A stretch of 63,760 nucleotides of DNA, the filler included, from Hausera hauseri (taxonomy: Eukaryota): NCBI GenBank assembly GCA_046269625.1. It is 11 parts of 11 records of this genome, joined end to end, with 100 filler letters (N's around TTAATTAATTAA, not from the genome) between each part and the next. Parts side by side here need not be neighbours in the genome. Positions count along the whole stretch, not along the records: positions 20,867 to 27,665 come from JBJURY010064440.1; positions 27,766 to 31,924 come from JBJURY010729545.1; positions 32,025 to 35,978 come from JBJURY010861521.1; positions 36,079 to 41,774 come from JBJURY010204635.1; 7 more parts are not named here. One strand, written 5' to 3'. A program made the translations under genes and the position numbers. Below, one piece after another: positions 25,412 through 38,426 of this stretch (the first letter of the stretch is position 1; each line of letters starts with the position of its first letter). The notes under the pieces are model-generated. The model saw nothing but the letters and a program-made list of their open reading frames with translations, was not told the origin of the DNA and did no database searches.

Positions 25412-26730
25412 TCAGGTTATTCTATCATAAAGTTCGTCTTGGTAACCTTTCACCCGTTTACCTCCTTGCTGATTTTTGCAGTCCTTATTACAATTTTTGG
25501 AAACTAGAAAAATCGTCTCGGTTATCATGGCGAGAACGAAGGTTGAGAAACTAAATATAGATATTTTCGTTAAGTTATTCGTTTTGGTAGAATTTTCCGT
25601 TGTAATAGAAATTTGGATGATAGTATCCTTATTTTGCATTACTCGAATTTCGTTCGGGGTTCGTCACGTAAGGGTTTTATGTTTTCTACCTTCTGCGGTA
25701 ACTTGAATTATATAGTCGTATTGCGGTCGTAGCGATTTACACTCAGTGTTCTGACTATCTTTTCTTAACATCACAATTCGGCTAGTATACAGGGTACGAC
25801 ATTCAATTTTGATCTCGTAATTTAACGTTTCATCGACGTAAAATAGTATTCTGTTATGGCCTACCAAAAATTTAACAGGTATATTTTCTAGTTCTCTCTC
25901 GGGTAGTTTACTTGAAGTGACAACATCTGTAGAAATAGTTGCGCTTGAAATAGATGGTTTTCTCGTAGTTATTGGAAGGGAAATTTTCCATACTCGAATT
26001 TTTGGATAATATTTTCTTAAGTACTTTGTTCGTTTGGATAATTATTATATAGATCGAAATTCACTTTGTGCTCATGGCCCAGCGGTATTTTGCAACACGG
26101 GTTTGGTTGGTTCTGCGCGATATAACAGTATTTCACTAAGGGAGTTGATTTCTTTATCGGTATAAATTGAATGGAAATTTGTCTGTCGTCTGGTAGTTCT
26201 ACTTTGGTTTTTATCTGTATACATTGGTTTTTGATGTCTTTGAAGATTCTGATTACGTTATGATCTAAAATTCATCTTAGTGGATCGGTACTTTGAATTA
26301 TATCGTTCGTATTAGTTTGACTTATCTCATTCTGTTTAAGCATATCTATACTGAGCTTCGTAAGTATATGGACTTGAATTCCACGTATATTATAGTAGGA
26401 CATTTGCAATTCGTATTTGTATTTTCGTCAAAAATCTAACCTTCAGCATTTCCGTTGAGCTCCGTGAGGGAAATAACAGGTTCTTACTGCAGCGTTGGCT
26501 TTGTCTATGAACAATATTCGAAATTTTACATGGTCTCTAACGGGTTTGCTTGCTTTAAACCAAGCGCAGGGTTTTCCCAATACATATCGTAAACTTAGTG
26601 ATTTTAAATTTGGTATATCTCTTCGTTTCTCTGCATGTTGTTCTTCGGACAATCCGGAAATATTTTTCGGCATATATGATGCAATTAGAGAGCGCTACTA
26701 TTTGCACGTATGATATAGGCCTAGTGCTTA
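25412..26730 (-). pseudogene. Env-position type-I membrane protein with FN3-like domains (copy A)
   Basis: Hydrophobic signal, two Cys-rich repeats, S/T linker, KSLRPQYDYIIQVT, TM ISIFSFSTFVLAMITETIFLVS and tail ELYDRIT. Homologous along its length to 32061-33395. Confidence 0.75.
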
Positions 26731-26779
26731 TTGAGGACGTTTTCTTTTTTATGCTACGATTTTGATTTTCGTTAATTGA

Positions 26780-27665
26780 GCATAGATTATAACGCTTATT
26801 CGGCGTAATTTCCGTTCTAATAACTCTGTATTGATACGAATTTGCCGTTTTTGTTAATATAAACTGTAGTCGTCGTGGTTCGGATAACTTCGTAAGGTCC
26901 TCTTCCGGTACAAATAAGTTTCAAGGATGTCTTTCTTAGCTACTGAATAATGTGCATAAACCCAACTTGCTTGTTCTAGATCATGCGGTTTATCTTTCTT
27001 GTCATACTGTCTTTTAAATTGCTCGTGGTATCCTTGAGATACTTCTTTTGCTACTTCCAAACACTTTTGCAGTCTTGTCTGTAGCACTTCGGCAAAATTC
27101 TGTTCTAAGTCTTCTGGATTTGCTGTATACGGTATCATTCCTAGATCCGTCAGTAATAGGGCTTTTCTGCCACATATCATAAAGAATGGAGTAAATCCAA
27201 TCGAAGGGTGTGGTGTAGTGTTAATAGCAAATTGTGTACCTTCTAAAAATTCATTCCAATCTTTTTGGTCCTTCACGACTATTGTTGATAAGATTCGTAT
27301 GACTGTTGCGTTCATGCGTTCGACCATTCCGTTACATTGAGGGCGATAAGCTGTCGTGGTTAATCGTTCAATTTCAAATATTCTGGTAATTTTATCGAAT
27401 AATTCACTTGTAAAATTTCTTCCTCTATCTGTCAAGATTTGTTCGAGGGCCCATATCTACAGACAATTTTTCTTACTACGGCTTCTGCCAGAGTTTCAGC
27501 TTTTTGATCCATTAATGCCATTAGTTCGACAAAATGAGTTAATCGGTTTATACATGTCAGGATGTATTTATTACTTCTATGAATTGTAGGCAAGAGTCCT
27601 ACAAAATTCATGGACATCGCTTGCATCGGTCTGTCCGGTACATTTATCGGTTTGAGTTCGGCAAT
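26780..27665 (-). pseudogene. Gypsy integrase (copy A)
   Basis: SM(N)FVG.LP, TDRGRNFTS, TTAYRPQCNGMVERMN, W...L....FAINT, GFTPF and a GPY region. Confidence 0.93.
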
Positions 27666-27765
27666 NNNNNNNNNNNNNNNNNNNNNNNNNNNNNNNNNNN
27701 NNNNNNNNNTTAATTAATTAANNNNNNNNNNNNNNNNNNNNNNNNNNNNNNNNNNNNNNNNNNNN

Positions 27766-27875
27766 TACACAATATGCTTTTCATTTTCTGGAATGCTGTT
27801 TTTGCCTGTGCAATTCTGCTTTTGATTTCCGTGTCACATCTGACATCTGATGTTACAAGAGTTCCAAGGTTGATT
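27766..27875 (-). mobile_element. Non-LTR (RTE-like LINE) RT C-terminal fragment
   Basis: The minus strand translates LGTLVTSDVRCDTEIKSRIAQAKTAFQKMKSIL. Confidence 0.6.
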
Positions 27876-28789
27876 ATAACAGTCTTGACTTTTCTTTCCT
27901 TTTTGGTTCAGCTCTTGTGTATTTTTTTTAATGAGCTTGTGAGGGGAATCTGAGAAACCAAAGCAAACTATACCTAACAAAATACGAGGCAGCCCCCGGA
28001 AAGTAACAACAATAACCAGTACAGAATAACCAGGGCTAGACTGAAAGAATCAGGCGCAACATTTCTAATGGACAGACGGTGCACGAATAAGACGAGGGCA
28101 CACAATCATTTATACGTTAAATGTCTGAATGTTGGAGGTAATTACGTGGAGAAATAGCCTGACGTGTTTAGAGACACTATAACAAATTTTGTTCTGGAAT
28201 ACGTACTGGTTAATATCTTTATTACAGAACGGGCACTACTTTCCGAAAGGTCCTGGTATCACCTTATACAATCTTACAAGAAGGAAGTCTGCATTACAAT
28301 GAACTATACAAGGTAGAAGAGGACGATGAACATTGCAACAGAAATGTCAGCTAGGGCTCTGATAGCTTGGGGAAAAGCAAGAAAGACGCACAGTGGTCTC
28401 GTCTCAGGTAACTTTCTGTGTCAAAGGTAGGGAGAAAGAAAGAGTGAGACACAACCACACGTTCTGTTTTTTTCATCACAATTTAGGCGACTGTATTACT
28501 ATATCTTCAAGTTGACAACGACTGCCTGATGAGAGAGCATTACATGCAGTCATTCTAAAGGATTCACACAGCATATTGGTGAAGTTTGATCAGCATAAGC
28601 TTCGGCAAAAAAAAAAAACGGCTTGTACTTCTTGATCACCGCCGTGTTGAAAGTGCTACGTAGATATACAGCCCAGATCGTGATGGGGTATGAGAAAGCG
28701 GTGAGATATCAGTCAGATGCTCGTACAGGAGATTGATGTCTCTGAGACATTAGAACAGAATGTGGAGGAGTAATTGACGAGTGTGTATG

Positions 28790-31700
28790 CGAGAATAATG
28801 GACATCAGTATACGCAGGAGTAACAGAAGGAAATGGCATGTGGGGAGAGAACGGAAATGCATTCTGGCGGGAAAAAAACCATGAACTCACAATCACAGAA
28901 TTCCTGTGATAAATAGTAGGCACGAAAATAGAGGAATCAGTGCCACGGGCGTTAAAGAATGAAAAAGGGAAAGAAGTAAAAAATAAATAAAAGGATGCTA
29001 GAGCGTACTTTACCAAAGTTTCTGAGGAGATAAGTGAACAGGAAGAAATGGTAGCTCTGAGAACAGTGGAAGTATGGCTAAAGACTAAGAATAAAATGAA
29101 AAAAGCATTAATGCTGTTTGACGATGTTAGTACCAAGAGCTTCGTCGATTCAAAACTATGTGAAGAACTAGGTGTCGATAAGAAAACAGAAAGGTTGACG
29201 ATAAATGTCTTCGGAGGGAAACAGACTGAGATGTCTTTTGACAGGGTCAAAATGGTGTTGATAAATATTGACCGATCGATAGAAGTCCAATTTAAGGCGA
29301 TAGCTATGAAAAATCCAACCGGAAAGATGAGGGCAGTGAACTGGTCCACAGAAAAACAAAATAGTTCCATATAAAGCATTTAAGGTTCCCCACATTGTCA
29401 AACAACTTAGAGGTGAATGGTATTGTTGGGGCGAACTTTACAGAGTTACACAAGTCAATCAAAGAGGTATATAGCAAAAGCGATGCGCCGGTAGCGCGAT
29501 TAACTCCGTTAGGCTGGACCTGTGGAGGACAAATAAAAAAGGAAAGGAAAAACATAAATAGTAATTTCATAAGGACTTTTTGGACAAGGACAGAGAAAAT
29601 TCAAAATAATCTGAGCCACTTGTGGGAGGTCGAGTTTAACATGAGCGCAAACGAGTTTGAGAGGAATAAACAAAATGAAGAGGCAATAAAACGGATATTA
29701 AAAGAAACGACTCATGAAGAAAATAGGTACTGCGTGCCGTTACCATGGAAGGGAGTAATACAACCTGAAATGGAAAACAATAAATGGATGGCAGAAAAAC
29801 GATTGAAAACTCACAAGAATAAGTTAGATAAAGATGAGGAGGCAAAAGCGACCTATGAGAAGGTAATAGAAGCACATACGAAATAAAAATATATCAGAGT
29901 GGTAAAAGAACAAGAGGAACAAGAGACGGCTTGGCTGTTTTCACATTTTCCGGCCATGAAAGTTGATAGGCAAACCACAAAATGCCGGATAGTTTTCGAT
30001 GCTGCTTTAAAATATCGGGGAAAGTGTCAGAACGATTTACTGAATCCTGGACCGAAATTACAATTGGACATTATAGACATTATATTAAGGACGAGAAAAC
30101 GGCCATGGGTTGTCATATGTGACATCCAGAAAATGTTCCTGCAGAAAGAGGTGAAACAAGAAGACAAGAAATACTTAAGGTTTCTTTGGTATAAGGAAAG
30201 GAAACTCAAGACATACGAGTTTAATCGGCTAGTATTTGGGTTGAACGCCTCTCCATGTCTGGCACAATTAGTATCAAGACATAACGCTGAGAGATTCAAA
30301 GACAAATTCCCCAGAGCCGTAGAAACAATAGAACACTCTAATTACATGAACTATTGCATCGACTCAATCGGCAGTAAGAATGAAGCCGTATCGTTATACA
30401 GCGAACTAAATGAGATTTGAAAAAAGGCTGGGATGAAACCACACAAATGGGTGTCAAACTGTAATGAATTGATAAAGATAATACATACCGCGAGCCAAGC
30501 CAAGGAATTCCACATACTGGAAAAAACTGATATTGTTACCAGGACGTTGGGGATGAAGTGGAAGATCGAAGAGGATACATTCAAGTTTGGAAACCGTAGT
30601 AAACAAGAAATAGAGATAACTAAAAAAATTCTATTAAGCGCATTGGCGAAAATGTTCGACCCGTTAGGTTTTCCCAGTTGTTATATGTTGTTGGGTAATG
30701 TGTTTCTACAACAGCTGTGGATGATAAAAGTAGATTTGGATGAAAAAATCCCAAACAAATTGAGTGAGAAAATAAGAGAATAGATAAAAGGTATGGAAAA
30801 TAATAAAGGTGTCAAGGTATCTGTATTTTAAGGAAGGTACGGACAGTCAGGTACATATTTTCTGCGACGCATTAAGGTGGGATTATGGGGTGGTCGCTTA
30901 TTTAAGATCGACAGTGGAAGGGAAGATTAAAGTGGTAATCATATGTTTGAAAGGTAAGGTGACACCGGTGAGGTTAGTCGTCATACCAAGACTGGAATTG
31001 ATGGCAAAATGTATTGGAGTTAAGTTAGAGAGAAAAGCGAGAAGAACTCTGGACAACAACAAGGAAGAGATACAGTACTGGATGGACAGAATGAACGTAT
31101 TATATTGGACAAAAGGCTGTAACAAATATTACAAAACGTTCATTGCGAACACAGTAGGATTTATACAAGAAGAAACGACTGGGAAACGATAGAACTATGT
31201 GAAGTCGGAACATAACCAAGCGAACTATCTTTCTTGGGGACTATACGTCGACGAACTACGAGACAAAATAGAATGGTGGAATGTTCCAGAGTTCCTCAGA
31301 AAACTAAAAGTTCAATGGCCAGTTCAACCCAGAAAACTAATCAAACCAAAGAATGAGAAGAGAAAGGATGCAATTATATTGACGCCTTTGGGAGAGCGAG
31401 TCACAGGAGGAGAGTATCAGAATCATGATAATGAGGCAAATGTCGAACAATGTGCCTGGTCTTGTTAGGAAGAAGTGATTAAACAGAAAGAGAAATTCTT
31501 CTGAGAGAAGGAAATAAATTAATTGAAGTACAATTAAGAAGGAAAGCAAAACTAGAAATAATCAAAGAGTACCAAGAAAAGGAGTTTTGCACAGAAATAA
31601 TGGATTTGAGGTCTAAGAAGGAGATTAGCTACAAGAGCGTTATTGCAAAATCTAACCCCGTACTAAATGACGAGGGGATATTGAGATCGTGTAGTCGGTT

Positions 31701-31924
31701 GATAACGACATCTTGGTTAAATTGGGAACAAAAATACCCTATAATATTGTCCTCGAAGAATACTGTAACGAAGCTAATTATTGAGGACACATATTTAAAT
31801 TTACGACATGCGGCGAGAATCAACCACAAAGTTGCGGAATTAAGTAATAGGTATTGGTTCCCCAAGATGAAGAAGCTCGTCAAAGCTTACCAAAACTATT
31901 GTATAATCTGTAGGAGGTCAAATG
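28790..31924 (+). mobile_element. BEL/Pao LTR retrotransposon pol, degenerate
   Basis: Protease-like LFDD.STKSFV, TPLGW, RYCVPLPWK. RT TTKCRIVFDA, CDIQKMFLQ, FGLNASP. FDPLG, FCDA, IPRLEL (Pao RNase H/A17). Integrase zinc-binding RH..INH..R.W....C..C. Confidence 0.93.
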
Positions 31925-32060
31925 NNNNNNNNNNNNNNNNNNNNNNNNNNNNNNNNNNNNNNNNNNNNTTAATTAATTAANNNNNNNNNNNNNNNNNNNN
32001 NNNNNNNNNNNNNNNNNNNNNNNNCTCTGTCTGATGATAGGATAACCCGATCTGTAGTTG

Positions 32061-33395
32061 TCAAGTTATGCTATCATAAAGTCCGTCTCGGTGCCCTTTT
32101 ACCCATTTATCTCCCTTCCGATTTTTACAGCGCTTATTACAATTTTTTGAAACTAAAAAAATTATCGCCGTTAATATGACAAGAACACAAATTGACAAAC
32201 TTAATATAGCTATTGTTGGTAAACTGCTTGACTCAATAGAACTTTTTGTGGTAAACGCATTTTGTGTACCAAGATCTTTATATCTCATTACTTTGATTTC
32301 GTTGCCAAGAGTTCGTACTGTAAAAGTTTTCGGTTTTTTACCTTTCTCGGTGATTCGGATTACATAATCGTACTGCGGTCGTAATGACTTGCGTTGCGTT
32401 TCCTGATTATTCTTTCTCAGGACCACAACTTGGTTGGTGTGCAGGGTGCGACATTCAATTTTGACGTCTTGAGTTGACATTTCTTCAGTGTAAAGTAGAA
32501 TTTTATCACTTTTTGACAAAATCTTAACTGGTATGTTCCATAGTTCTTTCTCCAGCATTTCATTCGAAGTGACGATCGCAGTAGTGCAACTTGTACTTAG
32601 AACTTTAGATGGGTTTCTCGTAGTGGTTTGGAAAGGAAGCTTTTATATTTCGTTTTTCGGACGATATCCCCATAAATAAGTACTTCGTTCTTCGGGGTAC
32701 GTATTATACAAGTCGAGTTGCAAATGATACTCCTGTCCTAGTTGCAGTACACAGAACACACTAGGTCGTCGTTTGGACAAATAACAATACTTCGGAATAA
32801 AAACCGAAGAATTCAATGGTATAAATTGGACAGAAATTGGTCTGTCTCCAGGCAACTCTATTTTTGTCTCAATTGGAAAACACTGGTCCTTTAACTTTTT
32901 GTAGATCCCAATAATGTTGTAATCTAACAGCCGTTTAAGTGGGTCAGTACTTTAGATTATCTCATCCGTCTTGGCTCGATTCGTGTCATTTCTTTGAGGC
33001 ATCCTTATTAGAAGTTCAGTAAGTATATAGGCTTGGGCTCCCGGTTGGTTATAATAGAACATTTAAAGTCTGTATCGGTAGGTTTGTCCGAAATTCAAGG
33101 CACAACATTTCTTATGAACTCCGTACGGGAATTCGTATGTTCTCATCGTGTATCTAGTTACAAATATTATTTGAAATTTCACATGGTCCTGAATAGGTTC
33201 ACTTGCTTCGAACCACGCACATGGCTTACTCCAATCCATATCGTATACTCTAAGTGACTGTAAATTTTCAATATTCCTCCGTCTTGCCACATACTGTAAT
33301 TTTTCGGTTTGAGTTATCGACTTCGCCTTCGGCATATATGAAGCGATTAACGATAAGGCGAGGATTATCTGCACGTATGATACTGGTTTGGTCAC
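32061..33395 (-). pseudogene. Env-position type-I membrane protein with FN3-like domains (copy B)
   Basis: Signal VQIILALSLIASY, domain 1 KPCAWF..KKCCALNFGQTY, domain 2 KYCY..FCVLQLGQEY, domain 3 SLRPQYDYVIRIT, TM IAILSLSICVLVILTAIIFLVS and tail GLYDSIT. Confidence 0.78.
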
Positions 33396-33419
33396 TATCG
33401 TCGACGTTTCTTTTCTTTA

Positions 33420-35900
33420 TCAGTTTTGCTTGATCGCAAATTGGGACGTTTAACGGGTCTTATCTCCGTTTTAACTACTCTTTTAATCGATATGACCTCT
33501 TCCTTGCCGTTTTTATTTATATAAACCGTGGTCGGCGTAGCTTTGTAACTTCATAAGGTCCTCTACCTGTCCTAGTAAGCTGAAGAGACGTTCCTTTCTT
33601 TGCTACTGGATAGTATACGTAAAACCAGTTTCCGGGTTCCAGATCGTGTGGTTTAGCCTTCTTATCATATTGCTTCTTGAAGTGTTCCTGGTATTCTTTA
33701 GATAGTTCCTTGGCTATCTCCCAACACTTTTGTAATCTCAATTGCAGTACCTCGACAAAATTTTGCTCTAAATCTTCCGTTCTTGTTGTGTATGGGATCA
33801 GTCCTAAATCTGTAGGCAATACAGCTTCTCTTCCGTACATTATAAAAATGGAGTGAATCCTGTTGCCGAATGTGGAGTAATATTAATGGCAAACTGTGTA
33901 CCTTCTAAGAACTCATCACAATCTTTCTGGTCTTTGCGACTACTGTCGATAAGATTCGTATAACTGTCGCGTTCATTCGTTCGACCATTCCATTACATTG
34001 GGGATAATAAGTTGTGGTAGTTAATCGTTCAATCTCGAAAAGTTTTGGTAATTTTGTCGAACAATTCGCTCGTAAAGTTTCTTCCTCGGTCTGTCAAGAT
34101 TTGTTCGGGTGGCCCGTACCTGCAAATGATTTTCCGGACTACTGCTTCTGCCAAGGTCTCGGCCCTTTGGTCTAATAACGCTATAAGCTCGACGAAATGA
34201 GTCAATCGGCCTACACCGGTCAAAATGTATTTGTTATTCTTGTGGGTCGTAGGCAATGGTCCTACAATATCCATAGACATTGCTTGCATTGGTCTATCGG
34301 TCACGTCAATAAGCTTAAGCTCGGCGATGTAGCCTTTAACTTTTCTTTGTTTGGTTGCGCATATTTCGGAAGCATTCACACAATTCCTTACGTCAATATA
34401 AATGCTCGGTCAATAGTACTTATTTAATATCTTTTCCAATGTCTTTTTCCACGACATGTGTCCGGCTAAGTATGATTCATGTTCAGCCATGAGGGCTTCC
34501 GTTCATAATCCCTTCGGTATGACGACTAATTTTCGTTTTTTTTTGTTCACAGTATAACACATTTTCGTTGTTAAAATCTCCGGCGACGCAGTATTTCTGA
34601 CCATATCGTCCTAGGTGTTTCCGTAACTGATGACCTTTGGGTGTTACGTTGGTATCAACAAATTCGATAATCTGTTGTATAACCCTGTCTTTTCTCTGTT
34701 CGACAGCAATCTTTAATGCCTAATGTGAGAGTCCGTTGTCTTTCTACTAAATCTTCAAGGTGTGCTTTCCTCATTAATGTAACTGCGCTTGTTTTGGTTT
34801 TAAGTCTCGATAGTACGTCAGCATCGACATGCTTATTTCCGGGTTTGTATTGGAATTCAATATTGTAACGTGAAATTTCCTCGATCCATCTGTTAAGTCT
34901 ACAAGTTGGATTATTTGCACTACCCTTCAAAGTCGTAACTGCTTTATGATCAGTAACGATTACGCTCTTCTGTCCGTATACGTACTCATTAAAATGTCGC
35001 AAGGCTTCTTTTACGGCTAATGTTTCTAACTCTGTAACGGAATAGTTCTTCTCTACTTTCTTTAGAGAACGTCCTCCGTAAGCAATCAGGTGTTTTAGAT
35101 CCTCGTCGTCTCGTTTCTGAGCTAATTCATATTCGATACGTTCCTTACTGGCGTCTGTTTTGATTATAAACGGTAGGTTGAAGTCAGGATATCTTAAAAC
35201 ATGTTCACTAGTGAGAATTTTCTTCATTTCATTAAAAGCCTTTTGTTCGACATCGGTCCATCTCCATTTGATCCCCTTTTTTAGCATACCATATAAAGGT
35301 GCGTTTATCTTCGCATTGTCCGGTACGTAAGTAGCACAATATCCACACAATTCCAACCAGTGCCTCAATTCTTTTTGATCCTGGGGTTCCATACAATCCG
35401 ATATCTTACTTAATAGTGATTTATCCGGCTTCGACCCTCCTTCTCCGACTATATGTTTAAGGTACGATACAGCATTTTGGGCCCATTTACACTTCTTGGG
35501 ATTCAGTTTCAATCCCGCTTGCTCCAATCTCATGAGTGTACCTTCAATGTCTTTTAAGTGATCCTCTTCCGTTTTCGACGCAATCATAACGTTGTCCAAG
35601 TAGCCGAATGCGTGTTCCAGTCCCATTAGCATCTTATTCATCATGAGAGTAAAGATGGCTGGTCCGATAGTGATTCAAAATGGCATAACATTAAATTCGT
35701 ATATACCGTCGTGTCTTAAATGCCGTTTTTCAACGATATTCCTCCTCTATCTCTACTTGCCAATATCCAGATTGCAAATCGAGCGTGGTGAACCATTTAG
35801 CTCCCGAAAGTCTATCTAAGGCTTCCTTTAGCGACAGTAACGAAAAAGATTCCTTCATCATAAGTATATTTAATGCTCGATAGTTGATACAAAATCGGTG
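33420..35900 (-). pseudogene. Gypsy pol (RT-RNase H-integrase), copy B
   Basis: RFCINYRALN, LDLQSGYWQV, YLD(N), LKLNPKKC, TDAS, NYSVTELE, TDHKA, YKPG..H..AD.LSR, HH/CC zinc region, SMDIVGPLP, TDRGRNF and GPY. Confidence 0.95.
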
Positions 35901-36078
35901 TGTGAGGAGGAATTCAGGAAGCCAATATAAAGTGAGGAAATTCATAAGAGGAGGAAAATAAGGTTCATTTACTGATTGNNNNNNNNNNNNNNNNNNNNNN
36001 NNNNNNNNNNNNNNNNNNNNNNTTAATTAATTAANNNNNNNNNNNNNNNNNNNNNNNNNNNNNNNNNNNNNNNNNNNN

Positions 36079-37153
36079 TCATTGACCCATTTTTCGACTT
36101 CTTCATAAATATTGAAATGCGGCTCAGTAAGTGCGTATCCCATCGATGAAAACAAATGGTAATCAGAAGGAACCAAGTCTGGTAAATACGGCGGACGGGG
36201 TAGCAACTCCCAGCTAAGAGCTTTCAACGTATCTTGAACTAGTTTTGATTTGTGTGGCGTTGCGTTATCATGGCGCAAAATTACCGTACTATATCTTCTA
36301 GCCCGTTCTGGTTGTTTTTCTACTAACGCATGGTTCAAAATGATTTAACGGTTTCAACAGATTTTAGGAGCTCATAGTACAGTACACCTTTCTGATTCCA
36401 CCAAACACAGAACATTATCCTCTTTTCGAATCGATTTGGTTTGGCGCTTGATGTGAATGGTTCACTTGGACTTACCCATGATTTTTTTTCCTTTAGGATT
36501 CTCAAAATAAATCCACTTCTCGTCCCCAGTAACAATGCAATGCAGATAACTCTTTCTTTCGTGTCTTTGAAGCAAAATGTCGTAGGTGATTTTTTTCGGG
36601 TTTCTGTCTTTCAGTAAATTCATGTAGCACCAATTTTCCACAAATTTTGAATCTTTTCCATAGCTTTTAAACGTATAGAAATCGTTTACTGTTGATCATT
36701 TAAAGCTTCTGCCATTTGCTTTTTACTTAAAATGTCATTTTCACCCAATATTGCTTGCAATTCGGTTTCTTCAAACTTTTTCGGTGATCTTCAACGTTTT
36801 TCATTTCTCACACCACAATGGCGACTTTTGCATCGTTGAAATCACTCTTTGCATGTTGGGTCTGCTATACCATGTTTATCATAAGCTTCGACAAGTATTT
36901 GATGCGCTTCAGCTGCACTTTTCGTCAAAAGAAAATAAAAACATAATGAGATCCGCAAATCGCAATTTTCTGCACCAAAATTTGACATTTTCCACGCGAT
37001 AAAAACTATGTTCTTGTTTAACACTTGGAATATTGTATAATAAATATTGTTGACAGATGTCAAAGCAATAAAAAATTTAACATCTGCAATCGGTAACACT
37101 GTACTGCACATACAGCCATCTATGTGCAAACGATGATTTAATATTCATAAACC
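36079..37153 (-). mobile_element. Mariner transposon (Mos1-like), degenerate, 3' end cut by gap
   Basis: MSNF..KSAAEAHQILVEAY, KKSWV..P...KPNRF, VWWNQKGVLYYELLK, HDNATPH and PYLPDLVPSDYHLF. Confidence 0.92.
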
Positions 37154-37155
37154 TA

Positions 37156-38426
37156 CGTAGCGTGTTCAACAAGTACCCGACCTAACAAAGAAAATATGTG
37201 GCTAAGGACCTGACACATTTTACAAGCACACCTATATCTGTCTAGGTTTGCAATATTGGTTTTGTTTTACTTTATCAGTCTGTGGCAAAAATATTTCAGC
37301 GGAATTTGAATTTTCGTCTTAGTCATGATTTCAGAGGTCGGAAACCTCAGTGTAATCAAGTTTTTCGTGTTACAGAAGAAAACATGCAGCGAAATCTTTG
37401 AGCTTCTGCAGTCGACATACTTGGACAATGTCTCATCACTAACAACTGTAAAATATTGGGTGAGAGAGTTTAAAGGTGGACGCACCTCAATATCTGGTAA
37501 AGAAAGAGAAGGCCGCCCAAAAAAATTTTTAACTACGTGGATGAAAAATTGCAGAAAATCATACAAGAAGAGCGCCGAATCACCACGAGATCACTGGCAA
37601 CCGGACTGAACATCAGCCTCGGTAAGATCTCTACAAAATTGAATGCATTGGGCATCACAAAACTATGTTTCAGATTTGTTCTCCATCTCTTGACTGGTGA
37701 GATGAGACAAAATCGAATGGAAAGCTGTCAAAACAACTTGGCTCTTTATGAACAACATGGGGAGACTTTACTGGCAAATTTAATTATGAAGGATGGAATC
37801 CCACTTAACAGTGCGGCGTGGACATTGCTTGGAAAGAAGCCGTCTTTGAAGATGCGGCAGAGACAAGCCATAGACAAGCGATGATACTTTCCGTATTCTG
37901 GGATCAAAAGGCCATCATCCACACGGACTTTGCGGATAACGGCGTCAAAATCAACTCCGCATATTACAGTCAGCTCGTTGCAACCACCAGGAATAAAAGA
38001 AGAAAGCAAAGGAACACACCACTATGGTTCCTGCAAGACAGTGCGCCAGTGCATATGGCGGGTGTTTCTCGAGCCAGAATCGAAGCTGCAGGACTGATGC
38101 TTGTGGATCACCCGCCATACAGTACAGATTTGTCACCGACCGACCTTTGGATCTTTAGACACCTCAAGAAGCATTTACGAGGGAAAACTTTCAGTCCAAT
38201 GACGATTTGAGGGTCGCTGTGGAGACTTTCTTTGATGACAGCCCTCCGGACTTCTTCAAACGGGCGTTTGAAAAGTTGGTGGATCGTTGGCAGAAGTGTA
38301 TGGAGAGAAATGGGACTTATGTTGAGAAATGATAGCTAGATATATGTTTGTCTTTTTGTGTAATAAAAATTACGTGTTACTGAAATTGCTTTCTGCCTCA
38401 GGTCGGGTACTTATTAACACTCCACA
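37156..38426 (+). mobile_element. Mariner transposon, full length, degenerate
   Basis: Imperfect TIRs (CGTAGCGTGTTCAACAAGTACCCGACCT versus inverted TGTGGAGTGTTAATAAGTACCCGACCT) with TA on both flanks. Transposase motifs WVREFKGGR, GRP, SVFWD, QDSAPVH and PPYSTDLSPTD. Confidence 0.92.

Larger units (their letters stand above)
22166..27665 (-). mobile_element. Ty3/Gypsy LTR retrotransposon, 3' half with large accessory region (copy A)
   Basis: Integrase, FN3-like TM protein, accessory ORFs and RING ORF, followed by PPT and 3' LTR, all on the minus strand within one contig. Confidence 0.85.
32025..35900 (-). mobile_element. Ty3/Gypsy LTR retrotransposon, pol plus env-position gene (copy B, same family as copy A)
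   Basis: RT, RNase H and integrase in Gypsy order, followed by the FN3-like TM gene. The sequence after that gene's stop (CAACTACAGATC.GGTTATCCTATCATCAGACAGAG) is shared with copy A. Confidence 0.92.
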
